A stretch of 64,000 bases of DNA from the human T2T-CHM13v2.0 reference genome, Homo sapiens. This document shows, piece by piece, positions 55,068 to 64,000 of this stretch. The position numbers were made by a program, and so were the translations under genes. The DNA lies in NCBI RefSeq assembly GCF_009914755.1, contig NC_060942.1; one strand, written 5' to 3'. The stretch's first letter is position 1; each line of letters begins with the position of its first letter. The notes beneath the pieces were generated by a model, which ran no database searches, was not told the origin of the DNA, and saw only the letters and a list, made by a program, of their open reading frames with translations.

Positions 55068-55616
<549 letters not shown>

Positions 55617-55721
55617 TATATTCCCTTTTTAATGTAATGCTGTATTATAACAATGTCTCCGTATTATTAGTCTTTACAATTTTTGATGACTGCATGTTTA
55701 AATTCTATTTAAAATATGAGA

Positions 55722-56074
<353 letters not shown>

Positions 56075-57515
56075 TTACAAGCTATTTAAATACTTCTAAT
56101 TTGTTTAAAATAAAACATGGCTACTCATGAATTTTTCCTTTCAAAATGAAGATTAAAAGCTCTAGTCTATTTATAAAATCATGATCAATGGAATTTGGTG
56201 ATGATTCATTTCTTGTCATTACTGTTATTATATTATGCTAACTACTAATTCTCTTCCTTTTAGAAAATGATTCTTCATTGTCCATTATAATCTGTTCTCT
56301 ATCCTCATCCTCAACCCCACCAAAAAAATATAGTTTATTATGCCAACAAGACACAAAGAATTAAAAGATCCCCAGCTTCTGGGGTGGTCAGGGTCATCTG
56401 CCATTAGAATAAAACTCCTAGAGACAGAGTCTACAGCATCCCTTAACAGGCTGTGCTACTATCTAATCTGTCTTATAGTTAAGGTCATCCTTTTTAAAAC
56501 TCCATCTTATAGTTCTTTAAACCACCTTTCTCTAGTATGTTCATAATGGTGATAAATATTTACTTAATGCCCGTCTCATATACTAAATCTAGCTATAAAA
56601 TCATTCTTAAGCCTGGGATTTCTCTAGAACAACTGCCCTCAGCTTTTCTTGCATTTCAGCTACTGAGTGGCTGACAAGAGCAGCACAGATGGGGTTCCAT
56701 TAAGGGCACTAAAAAAGTTAAGTATATTTTGCTAACCTTCATAAATAACTGTAGATCTGTATCAAAGCACTTAAGGTGTCTCAACAATAAATGTGACAGT
56801 AAGAGTAAACACTAACTGATGAGACTATGAACAAATGAACTGAAACTACCATAAAAACCTAAGACAAGAGTGTAATTAAAAAAAAAAAAAAGAAGAAAAA
56901 CAACAACAGCTCCAAATGCCTGACTAGTATGTAAGTTACACTACACTCTCTGTTTTCTGGTTTTGTAACCATTGCTTCTACTGCAAAGACTCGCATGCAC
57001 TCTCTTTTTTTAAGTCATTTCAGGTCTGCACACGATTATGATGCATCATCGGTTGTCACAATGCATTTTATCTCCTATAATCAAATTATTCACTTGCATA
57101 ACTGCTAAAAGAAACTAATAGCTTCAGTACCAATTTACATTTGCTTTAATAGGACATTTAACGATAAGCAGTTGTTGACACAAACTGTAATGACACAAAC
57201 ACATCAATAACAACCAAGATTAAGCATAACGGAGGCATTAAACTACGTACTCACACGTGACAAAGTCTAGGGGATGACTGACATATTATAGATAAAATCT
57301 TTCTCTGGGTTTTAAAAATGGTCCTGTAGATGTTTTAACACGATAAAATGACTTCCACAAGACACTGTTTTCCACAGGCACCACCGAGGCAACACAGAAT
57401 GTATTCATGGTCCACGCTAGCACACACTGCCACTATGCCTAACAACCACAGTGACCAGGCTGCTCCCTAGAAGCCAGATCTCTCTAGGCTGCGATGCCGG
57501 GAATGAAGGGCTTAC

Positions 57516-57691
57516 TTTGAAGAAGGCCTCCATGAGCATCTGGTCAGGGTGCAGGTCCTTCCATGGCAGTTTCCGGTACGTGCTATGGAAAGCGTACAGA
57601 ATGAACTCTGGCATTTTGGGTGCTGTACATGCTTCACAATAATGCATCAGGTGCAACCAAAGGGCTCCTGCATCACCTGGCAACAGCTTAT
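57516..57691 (-). CDS. EPG5: EPG5 exon 36 ([21 protein letters not shown]...MEAFFK)
   Basis: Acceptor ttttcacattctag|, donor AAA|gtaagc; 176 nt; overlaps ORF 57417-57683. Confidence 0.93.
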
Positions 57692-58084
57692 CTAGAATGT
57701 GAAAAGAAAATAGAGCTGAAGACCTTTGGTTTACCTTAAAAAAAAAAAAAAAAGCAAATTTGAACTAAAAGTCTAAAATCTAAGGTTCTCATGATTGACC
57801 CAATTTCAAAGATTTTCATGTAGGGAGAGTGGTTAAGGGGACTACTGGCAGATTAGTAATAAAGAATGGTACTTTAATTACCCACTCGGGTAACTGGAAT
57901 GAGCAGATGCTGTGTGGGAAATAATCAGCTTTTCTTTAAAATTTCTAAACGTATGGCTTTTTAACTGAAATACACTCCTACAGCTTGTTGCCCTCAGTAT
58001 GTATTCAGTTTTACACATTTAGTGCTTCATTCATTTGGCACTCAGGAGAAATCCAAAATCCCTCAAAAGGAAATGTTCCATTTT

Positions 58085-59030
58085 TTAAAAGAAGGCATAC
58101 AAATAGCCAATAGGTGCATGAAGAAATGCTCAGCATCACTGATCATTAGAGAAATGCAAACTAAAACCACAACAATGTATCAGTGCACAGCTGTTAGGAT
58201 AGCTGTTATCGAAAAGATGAACGATAACAAGTGTTAGAGAGGATCTGGAGAGAAAGAAACTCTTAAACACTGTTGGGGGGAGTGTAAATTAGTACAACCA
58301 TTATGGAAAAAGGCATGGAGGTTCGTCAAAAAACTAAAAATAGACTACCATATGATCCAGTAATCTCACTTCTGGGTATATATCCAAAAGAAAGGAAATC
58401 GATAGGGAGAAGGGATAACCACACTCCCATGTTCACTGCAGCATTATTCACAATAGCCAAGATATGGAAACAACCTAAGTGTCCTTCAAAAGATGAATGG
58501 ATTTTTCTAAATGTGGTGTATATACACAATGGAATACCAGTCTGCCTTAGAAGAGGAGGAAATCCTGTCATTTGCAACAACATGAATGAATCTGGAGAAC
58601 TCATGCTAAGTGAAGAAAACGAGGCACAGAAAGACAAATGCCACATGCTCTTACTCATATGTGGAATCTAGTAAGTTGAACTCATTGAAGTAGAGAATAG
58701 AATGACAGTTACCAGAGGCTGTGGGGTGTCAGGGGAAAAGGGAGGGAATGAGGAGTTGCTGATCAAAAGGGCACAAAGTTTCAGAGGGCAGGAGGAATAG
58801 GTTTCAGGATCTATTGTACAGCAGGGTGACTACCGTCCACAACAATGCATTACGTATTTCGAAATCAGAAGAGAACCAACTTTAAATGTCTCATCATAAA
58901 CAATGAAAGGTAAACAAGGTGATGGATATCTTAATTATCTTGATTTAATCATGCCACACTGTAAATCACACTGTACCCATCAATGTATATAATTATGATT
59001 TGTTAATCAAAAATAACATTAATTTTTTAA
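58085..59030 (+). mobile_element. L1MA 3' fragment
   Basis: ORFs 58022-58237 and 58303-58671 are decayed ORF2 C-terminus; L1MA 3'UTR follows. Confidence 0.85.
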
Positions 59031-59369
59031 TTTTAGAAACGGTGGAAATGTTCCAAATGACTAAAACTTAATTAACCCTTGGTGCAATGAAACTAGTCCA
59101 TTAACTGTCATTCATGTAAGTCATTCTAAAATAAATCTCACGCTTTTCTGAGACCTGGATTATTACTCAATATTATCCTCACAAGTATCAATTCCATTAA
59201 TGCCTTCAAGGGCTAATGACTATATAAGGGACATTTAGTCTAAAACAAGTGGTTTCAGACTTTCTGGTTCCATGCTAAAGGAATGCAGTCAAAGAAGAGA
59301 GAGCCACACACAGTAAGAACAGAAACCTGATGGTTTCTCAACACAAATCTTTTAAAAAATGGCCAACGA

Positions 59370-59719
<350 letters not shown>

Positions 59720-60177
59720 TCAATTCCACAACCCGGCATGGAACAGGAATGCACATTTTTAACAACCTTTAAGACAGAGGTTAATGATAGCATTCGTTTA
59801 AATATGGATAAAAGACAGTTTTGTTTAGATAAAGTTGGGTAAGTATGTAGAAGATATCCAGAAGGATGTCTTAGGATAGACTGAGCTGATAGTTCCAGCC
59901 AAGACACAAATTCTGTGACGTCAGATAAATTCTTTTCATTTTCAGGTCCCCACTTTTCTCATCCATAGAAGGAGCTAGTGGATCAGATAACCTCACTAAA
60001 AAGCTGCAATACTTCTTCATCCTACCTTGCAAAGCTCTCCTGTTTCCTTTCTTTGAACCCAGCTACCAAGTCTTGATGTCTGTGAACCCTTCTGTCCTAT
60101 GCCACTTTCTTATTTTATTCATATACAGGGGCAAGAGAGCCTTGGGGTGCTTTCCCCTATACTAAGAAATTAAATAT

Positions 60178-60534
<357 letters not shown>

Positions 60535-60789
60535 TCAATATATTCTGGATGGTAAAAAGCAGCTAGAAGTCTGCCTTTCAAAAAAATAATTGAGTACTAC
60601 TAGGATTTCATGTGTTACTCATTGAACCACTATTTATCAAACACACACTGAGAATATGGCATTACCCTAGTTTTGTAGGGAGCAAAAAGAAGCAAAGAAT
60701 AACATTTCTGTTATTCTATGAAGAGTTTACACCTCTTCAAGGTAAGATAAGATATATAAAAGATAAATCAGAAATACAAATAAGGTACA

Positions 60790-61325
60790 GCCAGACAAAA
60801 TGAAATGAGCTATCCAGCCATGAAAAGGCATAAAGAGACTTCAATGTCTATTACTAAGTGAAAGAAGTTAATCTGAAAATGCTATGATTCCAACCATAGG
60901 ACATTCTAGAGAAGGTAACACTATGGAGATAGTAAAAGGATCAGGGGTTGAGGGGAGGGAGAGATGAACAGGCAGAGCGCAGAGGATTTTTAAGGCAGTG
61001 AAACTGCTCTGTATGATACCACAATGGTGGGCACATGTTATTTGTCATTTGTCAAAACCCACCGAATGTGTTTACCAAGAGAGAACACTAATGTAAATCA
61101 TGGACTTTCATTGATAATGATGCCTTAATGTAGGTTCATCAATTATAACAAATGTATCACCCTGGTGTGGAATGTCCAGAGTGGGGAAGGCTTGTGCATG
61201 TGTGGGGGCAGAAGGTATAAAGGAATTCTTGTACTTTCCACTTAATTTTGCTGTAAACCTAAAACTGCTCTAAAAAATAAAGTCCGTTAAACAAAAAATA
61301 AAATCTATTACAAAAAAAAAACAAA
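60790..61325 (+). mobile_element. L1MC-type 3' end
   Basis: aatgagctatccagccatgaaaagg...ttactaagtgaaagaag...aaaactgctctaaaaaataaag. Confidence 0.8.
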
Positions 61326-61350
61326 ACTGGATGACATATGCTTAACTGTA

Positions 61351-61714
61351 TGTATTAGCTCATTTTCACACTGCTGATAAAGACATATCCAAGACTGGGT
61401 AATTTACAAAGAAAAAGAGGTTTAACAGACTCACAGTTCCATGTGGCTGGGGAGGCCTCACAATCATGGTGGAAGATGAAAGGCATGTCTTACATGGCAG
61501 CAGGCAAGAGAGAGAATGAGAGCCAAGCAATACGGGAAACCCCTTATCAAACCACCAGATCTCATGAGACTCATTCACCACCAGGAGAACAGTATGAGGG
61601 AAACCGCCCCCATGATTCAATTATCTTCCACTGGCTCCCTCCCACAACACATGGGAATCATGGTAGCTACAATTCAAGATGACATTTGGGTGGGGACACT
61701 GCCAAACCATATCA
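61351..61714 (-). mobile_element. THE1B-like solo LTR
   Basis: tgtattag...ctgctgataaagacata...gggtggggacac...aaaccatatca; TSD ctgta/ctcta. Confidence 0.9.
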
Positions 61715-62710
61715 CTCTATAACTAAATGCCACACAAACACATGGCAGCCACAGGGGCACTAGGTGTATTCAGTGGAAGAAAACACCATGGGCCAGAAGC
61801 AAAGAGGAAGCCAGAGTGTTAAACAGATGCTGAAACCAGCCAACCGAGGACTATTTGCCTGCTGAGTTTTAACAGCACAAGAGGACAGAACATGAGGTTT
61901 TCTAAGGACTATATTCTTACTGAAAGGGTAGAATGGGGCAAAAGAGGAAACTTCTCTGCCTTACCCTAGATTGTGAGTCAGGAGAGATCAAAAAGTTTAC
62001 TGTGAGAATTGAGGCCAGCCCGCAAGTGAGTTTGGGGTTTCATTTCATGTAACTGGTAGCACGGGAAACCCCAAACCAAGAAGTTAAGTAGTTCCAATTG
62101 ACAACAAATGTAGATCCTCTCTGGAGGACTTACACACCCTCAGCCTAGGCCTTATGAGATTCCCATCAGTCTCTCTAAATATGGGCTCACAATACAAAAT
62201 TTAAAAACACACAAGGAAACATGCCTCCAAGAACAAGAATCCAAAGGAAAATTAAACAGCAGCATAAGACAACCCCCAACAGGAATTTCAGATAATAGAA
62301 TTAATGTACATACATCATAAAGTAAGCATGTTTAAACAAATTCTAAGGAAATAAAAAATAGAATTTTAAATGAAAGAAAAGATACTACCAAAAAGGATCA
62401 GGGTACATTTGAAAAACAAACAAATAGATCTAGAAATGGAAAAAATAATCACTTCAATGAAAAATTCAATTGATATATTTTAAGCAGATGAGACAGAGCT
62501 GGAGAGAGACTAAAGAAATGGAAGGAAGACCTCTAGAAATTACCCATAATAAAGCAAAAAAAGACAGAAAATATGAAAAAGAGGTTAAGAGTTAGGGAGG
62601 ACAGGAAGAAACTCAACATGCAGGACAGGCAATATTGGAAGAGAGAAAGACTGCAAATTTACCATAACTGAGAAACTCAGAGCAACCTAACAAAAAAAGG
62701 TAAGAAGTTA

Positions 62711-63099
<389 letters not shown>

Positions 63100-63183
63100 T
63101 TAAATAGAGGAAAGTAGAAGAAAAAGACTGACTGACTTAGGGAAAAATGAAAACTAAGCAGAGACAGCCTGACATCTTCCTAC

Positions 63184-63290
63184 CTTTAAAACTCTCATGC
63201 AGTGAGTCAATACAGTCAGTGAACAGCTGCACAATGCTTGAGGCCACCACAGTATCACTCTCTAGCCAGGGGTAATGCCGCTGTTGGCTG
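63184..63290 (-). CDS. EPG5: EPG5 exon 35 (SQQRHYPWLESDTVVASSIVQLFTDCIDSLHESFK)
   Basis: Minus-strand acceptor ttctttaaag| (tandem AAG/CAG, alternative start 63287); donor AAG|gtagga; 107 nt; phase joins exon 36. Confidence 0.88.
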
Positions 63291-63734
63291 CTTTAAAGAA
63301 AAGAAGCACACACTTAGGAATGCAACCGTGATTAAAATACTGTTAAGTCCCAGTGTCTAGGGCTGGCCTAAGTCCTGGAAGCCTGTCCATTATGTAGGCC
63401 TGACACACATTTAGAATACTTAAAAGGCTGTAAATAACTGCAGGCGAATTGTAGCTTGTAACACCAGCCATATAATTTTCTTTCATCTCCTTCATACCCT
63501 TTATTCCAATGCAATTAGATTTCAAAAATGTGCTATCTAAATAACCCTTAAATTAACATCTTTTTACATCAAATTTAGACCCTTGGACATCTTGGTTACA
63601 TTTCAAATGCCGTAGAAAAACACCCTAAGTCAGCTTCAACAGTTTTCTCTACTCAAAGCATTAAAAAAAAAAAATCAAATTCACATAACAAAGAGATGGC
63701 CAAATATTAACAAATAGAAAATGAGCAAATAAAA

Positions 63735-64000
<266 letters not shown>

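Overview
Primate (human-like) genomic DNA: the SIGLEC15-EPG5 locus (human chr18q by established knowledge). The + strand carries the complete SIGLEC15 gene: 6 coding exons at 12668-29135, which I spliced by hand to 987 nt = 328 aa (signal peptide, V-set with R143, C2-set, transmembrane helix with K274, SNYENL tail). The - strand carries the last 10 coding exons of EPG5 (63290 down to the stop at 39415, all splice phases consistent) and a ~4.85 kb 3'UTR ending near 34560, so the genes converge. The rest is mostly Alu, L1, MIR, L2, LTR and hAT-MITE repeats. Best observations: SIGLEC15 exon 2 lies inside a sense MIR (exonised SINE); intron 3 has a GC donor; intron 1 has a perfect 3x87 bp repeat spanning a MIR/L2 junction; the promoter has overlapping NFAT/M-box/AP-1 motifs next to a polypurine tract; inverted Alus flank EPG5 exons 37-38, whose circle would be a stop-free loop. 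I found no prokaryote-style system (CRISPR, operon, defence). Repeat subfamilies are by-eye calls, and EPG5 exon numbers assume the standard 44-exon model counted back from the last exon.
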